DNA from: Yuukianura sp. NJ FZ-2021
Taxonomy: Eukaryota
NCBI GenBank assembly: GCA_046563655.1
Contig: CM102286.1
Coordinates: 6,262,001-6,326,000, forward strand
Reading direction: 5' to 3'
DNA length: 64,000 nucleotides
The notes under the pieces are model-generated. The model had not been told where the DNA came from. It ran no database searches and worked only from the letters and a program-made list of their open reading frames with translations. A program made the position numbers and the translations under genes. Below, piece after piece: positions 51,266 through 64,000 of the stretch (its first letter is position 1; the number at the start of each line of letters is the position of its first letter).

Positions 51266-52484
51266 TAATTATGCGGCTGGGACGTAGAAGGGCGACTTTC
51301 GTGTTTACTCCAAAATTTTCCCGTCGCCTTGGCGATTTTTAAAAAAATTCCTTACTTTAAGGCCTGTTCACACTGGGCCTTGATGTACTCCGATATTTCG
51401 TCGCCCAGTTTTGATTATAATTTTTTTTAATGTGCGTACTGAATTTTAACGCGTATTTTTTGCGATATCGGAAGAAACAAAATTTCGCGGATATATATGC
51501 GGATGCCTAATAACATGTGAAAACCTCCCTCCAGGGAATAGCGTAATCACACGTGAAAATCTCCTTCCTGTGTCGTGTGGCGAAACCGCCACACGATAGA
51601 AATCGCAGATCTGATTCACATGTAGAAATTACGACAGGAACCACACACAAATCTCGCAGTTGGTAATACACAAAAGAAAAAACGCAGCCGCAACTAGTAA
51701 CTAGAGTACGTGAGAAAAAAACTCCCATCAGCGAGCATCGCAGTTGCACGCAAAAAAGTTGGTAATAGGGGCGAGTATTCGAGTATAAAATTCTCATGCG
51801 CAGTTGCCGTCTTGCAATGTGAAAACAAAATGACAGTATAAAATCGCATATTGCGTGAACGCAAGCACACAGCGGTTATCAGTTTCAATTTTTACCGATT
51901 TCAGCTGTGAAGCTTAGTAGCGATTTTGAAGCGCAATTTAGGCTACAATTTTGATCTGATTTTCAGCTGCGATATACGCGTGCGATTTCAGCTTCAATTT
52001 TTACTTGTGATTACAGTTGTGACGTCTCAGTGCGATTTCTGCAACGATTCAACTGTAGCACATTATACTAGCATTGTAATTCGTGACACAAACCGTAACC
52101 GATCCAATATTGCGCTCGCAGCGAAAGTCGACAGAAATAAAAAATTTTGACTAATTGTTATTTCAACATTTCTATGATTCAACAAGTAGTGACTTTTCTA
52201 CACTATTTGATGGAGATGATAATATTAAGCCAATAATGGTTTAAATCATATTATTTGTACATTAAGATCATTATGATTATTATTAATTTATTATTATCAT
52301 ATAATATTATAAACCAATTCGCGTGCGCCATCTGCGGTGAATAATATTAGCGCTGAATAGCGCTCATGAGTTCACTGTGTGCACCACCCTTAATATTTTG
52401 AAATTTTGTCGAAAATCGCCACGGAAAATAGAAAAAAAGATGTAAACACGAAACTCGCCTTTCTACGTCCCAACTGCACAATTA
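51266..52484. mobile_element. Degenerate non-autonomous TIR element (~1.2 kb), family unassigned
   Basis: TAATTATGCGGCTGGGACGTAGAAGGGCGACTTTCGTGTTTAC (51266-51308) versus the reverse complement of 52442-52484 (TAATTGTGCAGTTGGGACGTAGAAAGGCGAGTTTCGTGTTTAC). No clear TSD. Confidence 0.55.
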
Positions 52485-52680
52485 GCGAGTTGAGTGGGAG
52501 GTGTTAATCAATATCCGATGATAGGATAGAGTATAAATCTATTTTCTATTCATTCAGTTTTGCTTTTGCAATATCATTTTATATAGAACTCGACAACGCC
52601 CTTCCCAGCCAGTCTTGATTTATCGAATTTCGATAAGCTAATCACCCCTCAACCGGTCCCGTTACTCTTTTAACATTTAA

Positions 52681-53778
52681 ATGAATTCAGCTTGCCGAAG
52701 AGGATTATTCCAATTCTTGACGCCGTTTGTGAAGAATCACTTTACCGGTGAATCACTCCTGGTGAAAGGAAGGGGAATCTCGTACTCAGCGTCGTTAAAC
52801 ATGCCAATCAAGGTAACTATTCAAACACTTACAATGTGTTAATTGCAAATTACGAATAAGCAGAGCTCTTTTTCATTTTAAATTGATCTTATTTTTAGGT
52901 AGGAGAGAAGCTTCCAAATGTTGACCTTTTCGAAGGAAACCCAGGAGGGAAAGTGAACCTTGGCGATCTTGTCAAGGGGAAGAAAGTCGTCATCTTCGGA
53001 GTACCCGGTGAGCAATTCTTATTTTATCAAAGACAAAGATTTACTTTATCAAAGACAAAGATCCTACCGCAGAAAACAATTAATTTTTTATAAATATTTT
53101 TTTCTGCTTCTTAGGTGCATTTACTCCGACTTGTTCCAAGGTAAACAAACGAGCTTGGGCTATGTAGCCTCCTTTCTCGCGGATAACAATTTCTTACCTG
53201 TTTCCCGTAAATATTTAACGTTTGACGATTTACAGACACATCTTCCTGGATATGTTGATCAAGCTGGAGAAATCCGCGCAAAAGGAATTTCGGAAATTGT
53301 CTGTGTCTCGGTCAACGATCCTTTCGTAATGGCTGCCTGGGGAGAACAGAATAAAGCTGACGGAAAGGTAACATTATTTGCCTTACCGCCAAGTTGGCCT
53401 GAATCGTTTTGTTATACCGAATAGTTGTATTAATTTTTTCTTAATTTTTGGTTTGAAGGTGCGAATGCTTGCTGATACGACAGCCGAATTTACGAAGGCT
53501 ATTGATGTAGCTCTGGACTTGACGGGACCCCTTGGAGGCATTCGATCGAAACGGTTTGCTATGCTGGTAAGAAACGTGTTTGGTTAACACCTAAGCAAAC
53601 AGTACTCCACCTAAACATTGATTTTCTTTCTCTACGTCTACAAAATATTTCCGAATTGATCAATTTTTCAATAAAAACTTTCCAGGTCGATGATGGCGTG
53701 GTGAAAGCAATGGAGGTGGAACCTGACGGAACTGGAGCTACATGCTCTCTTTCAAACAACTTCTTGAAGAAGTTGTAA
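52681..53778 (+). CDS. Prx5: Peroxiredoxin 5 (atypical 2-Cys); exons 52681-52812, 52899-53007, 53115-53140, 53236-53367, 53459-53566, 53686-53778. 199 aa with presequence, 159 aa from the second ATG at 52801.
   Basis: GVPGAFTPTCSKTHLPGY (peroxidatic Cys), CVSVNDPFVMAAW, RSKRFAML and EPDGTGATCS (resolving Cys). 40-aa in-frame upstream extension resembles a mitochondrial presequence. C-terminus is KKL. Confidence 0.95.
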
Positions 53779-54206
53779 ATCGTTAGCATCAAAACATTCA
53801 TGCGTAACGAAGTGTTAGCTTGGAATTCTTGAGTCATAAATTAATCAAATATTGTCCAGATACTAGTTATTTAGGAATCCATACTTACTGATCTGGTGAC
53901 TTTCATAATACAACTTTAGAGTGACTTTTCCCCCAAAAAATTGTTTGATAGAAGATCTCTATTCGAAGAAATGCGAGATACAAACTCAGCTCTGAATTAA
54001 ATACTAACACCAAATTGTCAAGTTGTTAACACCCAGAAATCCACTTTTTTCAAAAATTGTGCTTTTAATTTCCTTTTCCAAGCTTTGTTTAAAAATGTTG
54101 TTCTAGAAAAGGTCAACTTAAAATCTCATTCGAGTTTCATCTGGTGACACCAATTAGGTGTATACCGGTGCAAAAACTGCCTAGGAAATGCTCTTATCTT
54201 CTCTTT

Positions 54207-57200
54207 TTAGACAATTGAGCTTATGTATTGTGAATCAAATGAAGCGTAAGTATTTTTGAATATCTTTTTGTACTCAAGAAGTGCTTCTTGATTTCTTTCT
54301 GTTTTGTCATCATAGGCAGATCGTTTCTTTGGATCCGAAAGAATTTCATACGCCTCCCGAATTTCCTGGAACAACTTCGTCTCAATCGTCTTCACTTTGT
54401 CGGATTCTGTAAAATGTTTATCTAACAAGAAAAAATCCAAAATGGAGATTAGTCCCCAGCATCAAACAACTTCAAGCTTGTTGCACTTGAACCATCATCT
54501 TATGATCTTCCACGTGGGGAGCAACCAGCGGGAACGTAAAAGTTGAACGACTTACCCGGATGATGTCTCAAGGACTTTCTCCTGAATGCTCTTTTGATGT
54601 CATTTTGAGAAAGTGTTCGTGCAACTCCTAGGATTTTGTAGTAATCCTTAGCGTTGGAATTAGCAATCTGCTCCATCTTCTCTACAACTTTCAGCAGAAC
54701 GACAATATTCGTGTCCTCTGGAGCATAACTTTGAGCAATCTTGAAACAAAAGGTTCGTTAGCACATTCTAATTTTACTTTTTTATGTACATTTTCAAGAA
54801 GTACTAAGCTTTTGTTAACCCTCAGTTCGGCGAAAGCCTTGTCAAATAAATCCTTCTCCACCAGGAGCATCGCACGGTGGACTCTGGGGCGTACAAATGG
54901 AATATTTTCTTTGTTCCGAATTGAACGTTTTGATCGTCTGGTTTCTTTTCCATTTAGAATCGATGGTGAATACTTCCTGGAAGAACTTCCTTTGTCCACA
55001 GTTGGAATTTCTTGGCTGTGGCTACAACTTGCACTACAACCTGCCATTCCATTTGTGCCCTAAGAATGATACCGGAAAACTTCAGTTATATCAATTACGA
55101 ATCAAGAAGCTCAATTCAATGGAAGAAAGTTCTCACCAAATGATTTTCCGGAAACTCGAGGTAGACGAGGAGCTTCTGCATTTCACGCCCATGTCGAATC
55201 ACAACGTAGATTCCAAAGACTTTGAATAAGACACGTACAACATTGTAGGTAACATAGAAAACGGAGAGAAAGACGTATGGAAGAAAAAATCGGATGCAGA
55301 GAATGATGAGGGAGACTAGGGCAATGCGGGACCTGAATTAAATTTTCAAGCTTCTTAATTGTTTTGGAAACTTGAAATTTAAAATTTCCTTACCAAATGC
55401 GACAGGCAGCTCGTTCGTTTTCAGGAATGGCTTTCTAAAATGTCAGAAGGGAAAAGCAACTTCTAAAAGTTAGGAATTTGTGGAGAAAGTTTCGTAATTT
55501 GAGGTCACAGAGGTCTTTTGTTTGCTGTTTGCGTGGTGTCTCACTTGATACATAGAGAACATCGCAAACAAAAGTGAAAGCAGAAGGAGAAACTTTGACT
55601 TTAAACTTTGCCTTGAGCACTGAACCTTGAACACGTTCGATATCTCACGCTGGTTACAAGTGTAAGGTTACACTGGAAACGAGCCCGAGAAAGCTACAGG
55701 CTGGCATGTTACTCCTGCCCAATTACTTTCAAATTAACTTACGAGGACTGGCTCTTGGCCGTTTTTCGAAATCTGAAATTCTGAAACACGGAAGTGGTTT
55801 CTCATTGTTCAAAAACACTTTTGGCACCATTCCCGTTTCACAACGCGAAAAAAAAAGAATTCGACCCGGGGTGGGATTGAACACCTGTCGGGCGAAACGG
55901 CGAAAGTGACCTTTTTCGGGGTGGGGACTCTATCCCCTGGACCAAAACAAAGACCACAGAGCTGGTCCCTAGAAAATGAGTTTTTCATGCGCACAGGAAG
56001 GGGGAAAGTGAAAGTCAAAGAAATTTTTTTCAAATTAAAAGTTAACCGATTAAAATTAACAACGACACTAATTGCTCTTAAGAGGAGCATTCTACAACAA
56101 ACAAATTACGATCTTTCCCCCGTTTTTCGCAAATACTCAAGGTTTATCTAATTTAATATCCCAGTTAAAAAAAAACAAAGTGACTTACTTTCGTCTAAAA
56201 TCGTAACAATTTTAAATTTTGTTCAATTTTTGAAAGTTAACATGTTTTTAGAATATTGGCACTCTGTAATGTGATATTCAAAAAAGAAACATGAAAAACA
56301 AAGTATCTTATTACAATGACTGCATCGGATGAAACGACTTTCTTTTTGACATTTGTTGCAAATCGGTGAGTCTCCTTTCTTCCAGTGAAAGCAAATCTGC
56401 TCAACTGAAAAGAAATTCTCCTTGTCGCTGGATTCCAGAAATCCTGCAGCTACAAAAGAGTAGCGTATCATAGGGTTAAAAACTATGATTTCTCCAAATT
56501 GCAAGTTTTGATTTCGAAGAAAGCGAAGCACATCCATTATGTTGAAGCGTCGAAAGGCTATACTTTGGGTGAGAATCCGCGAATTTGACAATTCGTACTC
56601 TCTTCAAGTGGAATTTCGTTGACTTCCATCTCTTGCTCTATAGCAAACGATTCGTCCCGTTCATTGATGTCTAAAAAGTTTAATTTTAAATTGTTGTCAG
56701 ACACTTTCACCTTATGTGAAATAATATGAAAAATGTACAGTGTGTACAAGTTTTTGGAGTAAAAAGTTTAAATTCCAGATTCTGATGTCTTGATGTACCA
56801 TGAATCGTCAAGTCTTCTTCTTCGGCTAAAACGAAATCATCCAGCATTTGCAAGAACAATTTAAACAGCTTTCTTGCAAATAAGTTCTGTACTTTCACTA
56901 TGATTGGGAATATCGTGTCCTTTGAACTCCTTTTCTACAATCCGAACAAATTTTCTTGCGATTGTAATAGGATTAACCTCTGACGACTCCATATTTGTGA
57001 AATACTTTGACTTTCACTTTAATAATGAGAGGAACTACGTCGGTTTTACGAAAAAAAAACGTTTTTCTTGTACCTTCCATTTTTCCCTGCAGGTGTGCAT
57101 CATTAATTACTTTTTTACCAACGGGAACAGCTAATTAGGTTTTTGTCCAGAGGATAGAGCTCCCACCCCGAAAAAGGTCACTTTCGCCGTTTCGCCCGAT

Positions 57201-58133
57201 ATGGGTTCAATCCCACCCCGGGTCGAATTCTTTTTTTTTCGCGTTGTGAAACGGGAATAGTGCTAAAAGTGTTTTTGGACAATGAGAAACCACTTCCGGG
57301 TTTCAGAATTTCAGATTTCGAAAAACGGCCAAAAGCCAGTCCTCGTTAGTTCAGTAGACACGAACTTTGTAAATATACGAACAACCTAGTAGATCAAAAG
57401 TTATGTTCATAGTTTCGTTTCACTTTTGCCCTACGAAATTCTCCATGTTCGAGGCGTTCTTGGATTAAGGGAAAACCGAAAATGGAATTTGTTCAAATAT
57501 TTGACACATTTTTCCCCAAATGAGGAATTTTTTGAAACACTCTGAAAAACTTTGGAAAAATTCTTTTTTTAGCACACAAAGACTCTCTGTAATTCTGCAA
57601 TTGAATTTTTAAAAAATGGGTTCGACAACGTTAAGATCGATGATTGGCCAAATCTACTTTCTGGTGGTAATTTTTTGTCAATTCTAACAACTTCTAATTT
57701 TTTTTTAATTCTCAGTACCCTGCTTACCCCATTGCATGATTTGCACAAGAAAATTGAGCTGGATACTTGGAGAAAGAATCCAAAAAAGTAAATGAGCGTC
57801 AAAAACGGTGACAATAGGAAGTCGTACACTCGGGGATCAAGGACCTTGATGACTTCGTAACTAAGGACCATCTCGTCTTCCGGAATCTCCCTTGACTTGT
57901 GTCCATACTTGGGATTTGGAAAGAAGATCGATACCACTGCATAAAACAAATCACAGACTCTCCATAGCTGGAACAACAAAAAAAAACAATGACAGCTCGA
58001 CGTGACCTCTTGACCTTTCAGTTTTAGTGTTACGCCAAACGCCTTTGTTTTATCTTACCAGGTCAATTGCCGCTAGGACTTGGCACTTCCTCCTGTACCT
58101 AATTGGCGGTACATTTCGTTGCATGGAACTCAT
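54207..58133 (-). CDS. J-domain (DnaJ class C) protein with hydrophobic N-terminal segments and a TPR-like repeat; exons 58059-58133, 57767-57967, 55545-55649, 55394-55434, 55137-55332, 54820-55059, 54556-54739, 54207-54421 (418 aa)
   Basis: DYYKILGVARTLSQNDIKRAFRRKSLRHHP|DKH...FQEIREAYEILSDPKKRSAYD is a J-domain with an intact HPD motif. All eight exons join in frame using GT-AG sites (1257 nt). CAACATG start. The J-domain exons are secure; the five upstream exons are a manual model. Confidence 0.7.
55742..57345 (-). mobile_element. Deleted DNA transposon with ~207-bp TIRs, probably IS630-Tc1-mariner superfamily, in an intron of the J-domain gene
   Basis: 55742-~55948 matches the reverse complement of ~57139-57345 (CGAGGACTGGCT...). 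Flanked by TTA on both sides. Minus-strand coding remnant 56223-56591 ends in a Cys/His cluster (CNKC...CSHC...LCFSCF...YH). Confidence 0.75.
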
Positions 58134-60618
58134 GTTGAAATGTCAAAATTGTTCCAGGAACTGCAGTGATCCGTAGGAACAGTAAGAAAGATGAGCGTAG
58201 GATTTGCTTTCACTTTGACGTGAAAACATTGAGTAACAGTCTTCAGGAAACTGACACTACCCTGTTAAAGGTGTGAAGACACTGTTATTTTTGGGCACTG
58301 TTAAGACTTACTAGAATCCACCAGAGAAAGGTTCTAAAGTGGTTCTCATAAATCGATTTGTTCCTTGCCTAAGGTTCTTGTTTCGACTGCTCCCAGATCT
58401 TTCACAAGATGTGGCAAGACCACCATGGAAACGGAGTCTGAATGGGCTAGGCAAACATGTCATCCGGGATCCGCAACCCACAAGCACACAAACCTGCTTC
58501 CAGCATTCTCTAGACGAACAATCCATGCCTACCACTGTTCTCTGCTTCTACGCTTGAGACAGTAATTGTTTAAGGGTTTTTAAGTGGCTGGGTCTCTACG
58601 TCTTTCGTACTGACAGAAACATGCTTTCACTTTCCATTTTCACCTTCAATTTCGTTGCACCTTCAATTGAAGGCTGAGGAAGGAGAAAGCTTAACACTAT
58701 CGTTTTACACTTGACATTCCACGGCAGGACCTGATGTCCATGGACTAGACCTGTCAAAAACAGTTTTCGCAAAAACGAAATTGGCAAATGATTGTGACAA
58801 ATCATTGGGAACCTTGAACTATATTTTACTACCAGTAGTTCAAGAATGTTACATGTAGTTAATGCTAGGAATGCTAGGTAACCTAAATTTAGGCGCACTT
58901 AACTAAATCCACCAAGGAACTTATTCTGAAATCTGAAAGTAATTTCTACCTTCAACAGTTACTTCGTGCAATCCAAACTGTGCTGCGTTAAGTAGGTAAA
59001 AGGTTAATAGAAGAAAACGTAAATCGCTTGAAGAAAACCATATTTAAGAAAATCAGAAACTCAAGAAATAGTAGCGAAGTCACAAAACGTGCTTTAATAC
59101 AGTTGCTCTGCTTTTCTGCTTTCATTGCTTTCTAGTACCTAGGTACCTGATAATGATAAACTACAAAATGAGAGAAAGAGTGAAAGCACTTTAATTCTTT
59201 GGAGAAAGATTGTTCAGAGATTCTTAATTTGATTATTTTGTCATCAATTAAGCAAAACTTCATTAGCTTAGAGTTAATTGGACTAATTAGATTAGTACAA
59301 GTACTAATTTAGTAACATAGCCAAGGTCTAAAATTGGAATAGCAGACGAGAAAATACGATAGAGAAAGTAAATCACCCACATTTGCTAATGCTAAGAGTA
59401 GAAAGTGCGCGAAATCTGTAACTTCACCGGCTGATCGGCCTCTTCGCTTCGAGTCGAGCACTTTCGAGGAAATTTTTTTTTTTTGATTTTTTGGTAGGGT
59501 CAATTTGAATTTCCCTTGTTCTGAAGACCGTTGACCTTCGTAATTAATAATCGGTGAAGCAAAGAAATACCTAATTTGTTACGGAGTGAACGTTCAATCA
59601 TTCCAGCAACCGGATTTGGTAATCTAGGAGATAACATCTACCCAATGTAAAATGTAACTCATGATGAGAAGATGAATGAGGTAAAATTAAATTCGTCAAC
59701 TTTCTAACCTTACTTTCTATTCTGACGTTTAGAATGACTCGTTGAACCTGGGAAGTAATGCTGCGTGTCCGTCCAAAACGTACTGGATTCCTACAAAAGT
59801 CGTTGGGAGTTATTATTTTGGCCGAGGCTGCTTTTTTTGGTGCAGCGTATCTTACCTGGCGAAAATTCAACAACAGCAGAGGTCAGTAATCATTTGAATT
59901 CATTTAAGGTTTAGTAAATAGCGTTGTTCAGTTCTCTTGCCGAAATTAATTTCCAGTTTTATGCAACTTGATTAGTTCTTGGGTTGGGTTAATTGGTCAG
60001 TATTCTTGTTATAGACTTCCGTAAAGCCGCACAAACAGAGCATCCGTGGTTACTTGAGAGATACTATCAGATTGGAGAAGTATTTGACTCAAAGAAAAGC
60101 ATTCGGAAACACGATCAATTTGTTTGGGAAGTAGAGGCCAAAAGCGAAAGACTAAATAATATTCAGACGAAGTAAGAATCCGTCGTAAGTCTAATGTATG
60201 GCAGAGTATTGCTTCATCTAATTGGTTGGACAGCCCTCGGCGGTATTTTGTTTCAAGTGTGTCAACCAAGTCAAACGGATCGTGATCAGGTATTTGTCTG
60301 AACGTTGAATGTATTATTAGTCCTATTGCTATCAAGGTTAATTTTTTGTACTCATTGTTTCTTGCAGTTAAGGGAATATACACGACCACGACAGTCCGTA
60401 CGAGTTGTACCGCCTACGAACCCGACTGTAAAGAAGAAACCAAAACAAATGACCGATACGGAAGAAAAGAAGGAAACGTAACTTAGACCAGAATTTGCGT
60501 TTCGAGTTTGTAAATAGTAACATTAGGAACAGATTAATGTTTGATTAGTCAAGTCGAACCGTAGAAGTTTGATAACGTTCTGTTAGGACTTAGTAACGTT
60601 TATAGTTTATAAATCAAA

Positions 60619-61872
60619 ATGAGTTCATCGTCAAAGTCATCCAAGACCAGCCAGCGTGCTGACGAATTTGTGACCAGCTTTGGAAGGGCGAGAGCCTTGA
60701 TTCTAAAACGGATTGAAAATATGCAGCCAGGAGACGAGAATACACAAGACATCAACACAAAATTGACCGTACTATCAAATGACATCCAGGAAATGAGTTC
60801 ATCTCTTCACGATGCCACACTTTTCCTACCTGCGTTTTCCATCAAGGTACCTAAATTTTGCTTACATTAACATACATCTTTGAATTATGGTACGTAATTC
60901 ATTTTCTGTTGGTATTTTGTAGATGCGTCAGGAGGAAATCAGGGAGTTAGAGAAGGCGCTGAAAGCAAAGGAAGAATTGCTTTTTCCAAAGAAGAAGTTC
61001 GGTTTCAAATCAAAACTCCAAGAACCAGCAGTAGAATCTACTAAAACCGAAACGGGGGAAAACTCGGCGACACTCAAAGGAGACTCAGACGCACCATCAG
61101 ACCAAGCTAAAGCTAATCACGCAGTAATATCAAAAAATTGTTTATCGTGATTTTGCAATAGTGTAATATCTCAATCAATTTTCAATATTTAGGTCAGTGG
61201 GAACTATCTTACAGTTGAAAATCTGTCCAATGAGCTACTTACTCATGAAGATTCCGAACTGAACAGGAACGACGTTCTTGTCCGAAATCTTGACAAATGT
61301 ACCTTGAATCTATTTGGAAGTCCTTCCACACTGCGTTTGGTCAACCTTACGGAATGCAAACTCTTATGTAAGTTTGGTATCGTGTTTGCATACTGATAAC
61401 GTTTTCAACATTTTGTTTTCATTTTAGGTGGACCAGTGTTTACTTCAATCTTTATCGAAGACTGTCGAAATTGCACCTTCTTCCTTTGCTGTCAACAATT
61501 ACGAGTCCACTCTTCAGTCGATTTGGACATATACTTGCGCGTGCGCTCTCGAGCTGTTATTGAAGACTGTTCAAAAATTCGTTTCGGTCCTTACAACTGG
61601 GAACACCCAAAATCCGCTGAGCTCCATGCCGCAGCTGAAATTGATGAAACTCTTGAAAGGTATTAACCTTGGAAAGACGTCAGCATTGACTTGATACCCG
61701 TAATTTCGCTTAACTACGGCGGTATTTTACTTCCAGATTCGATTGTGTTGATGACTTCAACTGGCTTGCATTTACTACACCCTCCCCCAATTGGGTTATT
61801 ATCCCGCCTGGAGAAAGAATTGAGCCGTCTCTGAAAACTGATGCGATTCCGAATGCGAGTACTCTATCGTAA
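60619..61872 (+). CDS. TBCC: Tubulin-specific chaperone C; exons 60619-60846, 60923-61123, 61193-61367, 61428-61659, 61737-61872 (323 aa)
   Basis: LHDATLFLPAFSIK...PKKKFGFK N-terminal domain. CGPVFTSIFIEDC...CQQLRVH...RAVIEDCSKIRFGPYNW...VDDFNWLA...SPNW C-CAP/cofactor C domain. Consistent splice phases. Confidence 0.93.
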
Positions 61873-63604
61873 CATCAATATTTACTCGGCAGGTCCAGGC
61901 TACAGACTGCTTAAGAACTAACAATTCTAATTCAATCTATACTACATGAACAATTTACTGAATTTATATTCCTTATACCTAGTATTGCTCTGCTGAAATA
62001 CACGCTGAAAACTTTATCAATTAGACTATAGAAACTATTGGTAGAAGAGGCTGTGTCGTTACTGGCAATACCCGTAATATCAAATCGTTTTTCAAACTTC
62101 GTGCAAGGATTCAACTTTAGAATCAAGAGTATTATCCCGATTGATTTTCTGCTGCACAATATTTGGAACTTTAGCTGTAACATACGCTTATAGAAAATCT
62201 TGATTCACATTGTCGAGTCAATTTGTAGCAGCGTCGATTACGCGGAAAATGACTCAAATCATGTTAAAAAGTGAATTGAAAAAAAAAAATTCGAAAAAGT
62301 TGGCAAAATAAGTTTCTTTCCTGGATCCGAACACGTCTGGGTCCAGTTTGAAGTTTTCAAAAAAAAAAAAATTCTCTAAAACAACGTTTGGTACTAAAGT
62401 AGTGTGAAAATGAGTTTTAAAAGAATTTGGAAAAATTTGTTTTGTTGATCCTGAAGGGTCCCTCCTTCGCTTCACTTTCAAAGATTGTAAAAACAACCAA
62501 GTCTAAAAACATGCAATGGGGGGCCTTACCCAACAACAGATTTGTTTGCGGAAAACGATTGGAATTGACTTAACAGGCGTCAAAACCAAACAATATTCAG
62601 AAATAAAGCCGTAAACATAACGGAAGTTTCATTTTTGTCACGGATTCGTTTTATTTATATGTTATAGCTACTGAAGAGTATAACACGGAAAACAAACTTC
62701 AATAGATCTTGCAACAAATATCGATTTCTTGATTTACAAACAGAGTTCATTTCTCAAAATGAACTATTAAACTATAAAAATCTTATATCGAAATACGAAA
62801 AGTTGTTACACAAATTCGACTAAATTCAGTTTAGGTAACGGAGACGGAAGAGATATGGGTGGGTTTCTTAAGATTTGTTGTAACTACCTAAAAGAAATTT
62901 TATGAACTTGACAACCAAACTAACGTTGAGCAACAGCATCATTAAGCTTATTTAGCAGTTTGAAGCATGAGGGGCAATTTTGAAAATTTCGAAAACTAAC
63001 TTATTCATAACGATTATCCTCCGTGTTTTATCCAAAAACAATTTGTCCTGACCTTAGTCACCCTATGCGAAGCTTAGTTTAACTTATTTAGCATTATATA
63101 GGTTAAACTTACATTAGTATGATTGTCTTCTGTACTAAAGTAAATCAGTCGGGGAAGTATTTTTTAGAAAAGGTTGACAATTTGCAAGAAAATACTGAAA
63201 AATTCATATCTAGTTTAAGTTACCAGTATTGAACTTTTTGTTTTACAGCAACAGGAAGGAGAGTAAGAAGTTTCAAAAATTTAAATTAATGTTAGGTTGA
63301 AACTAGTTATGGCCACGGCTTACAATTAATATGGTAAACTTCCACTATTTTTTATACCTTAATCTCTAATTTGTTTCATTTGTTTCTTTCTATCTTTTTA
63401 CATTTTTGTAAAAGAATGTCTTCAAACAATCTCTGTCTTAAAAAAGTTAAAGCTTGATTTCACAAATTGAACTTAAGGGTGTTCTTCTATGTTTTCCTTT
63501 GAAAACGAAAACTCCTCTAAAAGATATTCTGAACGTTCAAAAAATTGCTAGGCTGAATATTTTGCAAATCTAGTTTTCTAAGTTCTTCAGATTCAAAATT
63601 CAGA

Positions 63605-64000
63605 TTATTGCGGTAGAAGTTTGAATGGTTTTGGCGGACGGGCAGGCGGGAAAGATTCGCGCGCTTCTTGTGTTTGCTTTGAACAATTTGAATTTTGAAC
63701 AGTCGGAGTCGTAGGTGCTTTCTGATTGGTTATCAGCGCACTGTCGCTTGAATTGAGTAATGCTTTGATCAGGGGTAGCTCCAGTACAGCGCACTTCTTA
63801 CGTATTGAAGTCAAATCTACTTCACTGGGTGAAGGGACCTGGAATATTCAAAAATTGCGTTTAGAATATTTGAAATTTTGGTTAAAATTTTCGATTTCTT
63901 TTGAAAAAAAAACTTACCGTCTTCTTTTTATAAGGTGGTGGAGGTGGCAGATTGTAAAATGCTTGAAGCGTCTCTTCCGTTTCCTGCACAGGTTGTGAGT
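63605..64000 (-). CDS. ex: Last two exons (63918->64000 partial, 63605-63838) of a gene entering from the right, probably expanded (Hippo-pathway FERM protein)
   Basis: LPPPPPYKKKT|VPSPSEVDLTSIRKKCAVLELPLIKALLN: a PPxY motif plus a segment resembling the L(D/E)LPLIxAL motif I recall from insect Expanded C-termini. Canonical donor and acceptor, phase 0. The FERM domain is outside the window. Confidence 0.5.

Noticed and set aside
60449..60477. MTDTEEKKE as an upstream coding exon of TBCC
   Set aside because: Each nearby acceptor I tried gives a stop before ATG 60619; at most a uORF.

Overview
Eukaryotic genomic DNA, most likely from an arthropod or other invertebrate (short GT-AG introns, Akap200-like and expanded-like genes). 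The left ~47 kb is mostly intron of a minus-strand Akap200-like gene (coding exons 22049-22219, 19171-19434, 36-260). A compact cluster follows: mRpL48 (-), Prx5 (+), an unusual membrane/TPR/J-domain gene (-), TBCC (+) and the 3' end of a probable expanded homolog (-). The main discovery is a 7.4-kb element (7747-15175) inside the Akap200 intron. It has ~2.03-kb near-identical terminal inverted repeats, AG...CT termini and a 6-bp target-site duplication (AAGGCC), the structural signature of a Maverick/Polinton. I see no polymerase, integrase or capsid gene in it. It carries an intron-containing, partly decayed KDM4-like JmjC histone-demethylase gene whose 5' half is duplicated in both TIRs, a single-C2H2 zinc-finger ORF, a small acidic ORF, a tRNA-like 76-mer and clustered YY1/Pho-type motifs at the termini. 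Other mobile DNA includes a piggyBac-type element nested in a deleted pogo, a TIR element in an intron of the J-domain gene, a double-ended Helitron-like palindrome and small MITE remnants. All family assignments come from by-eye motif recognition and manual splicing; no database searches were run.
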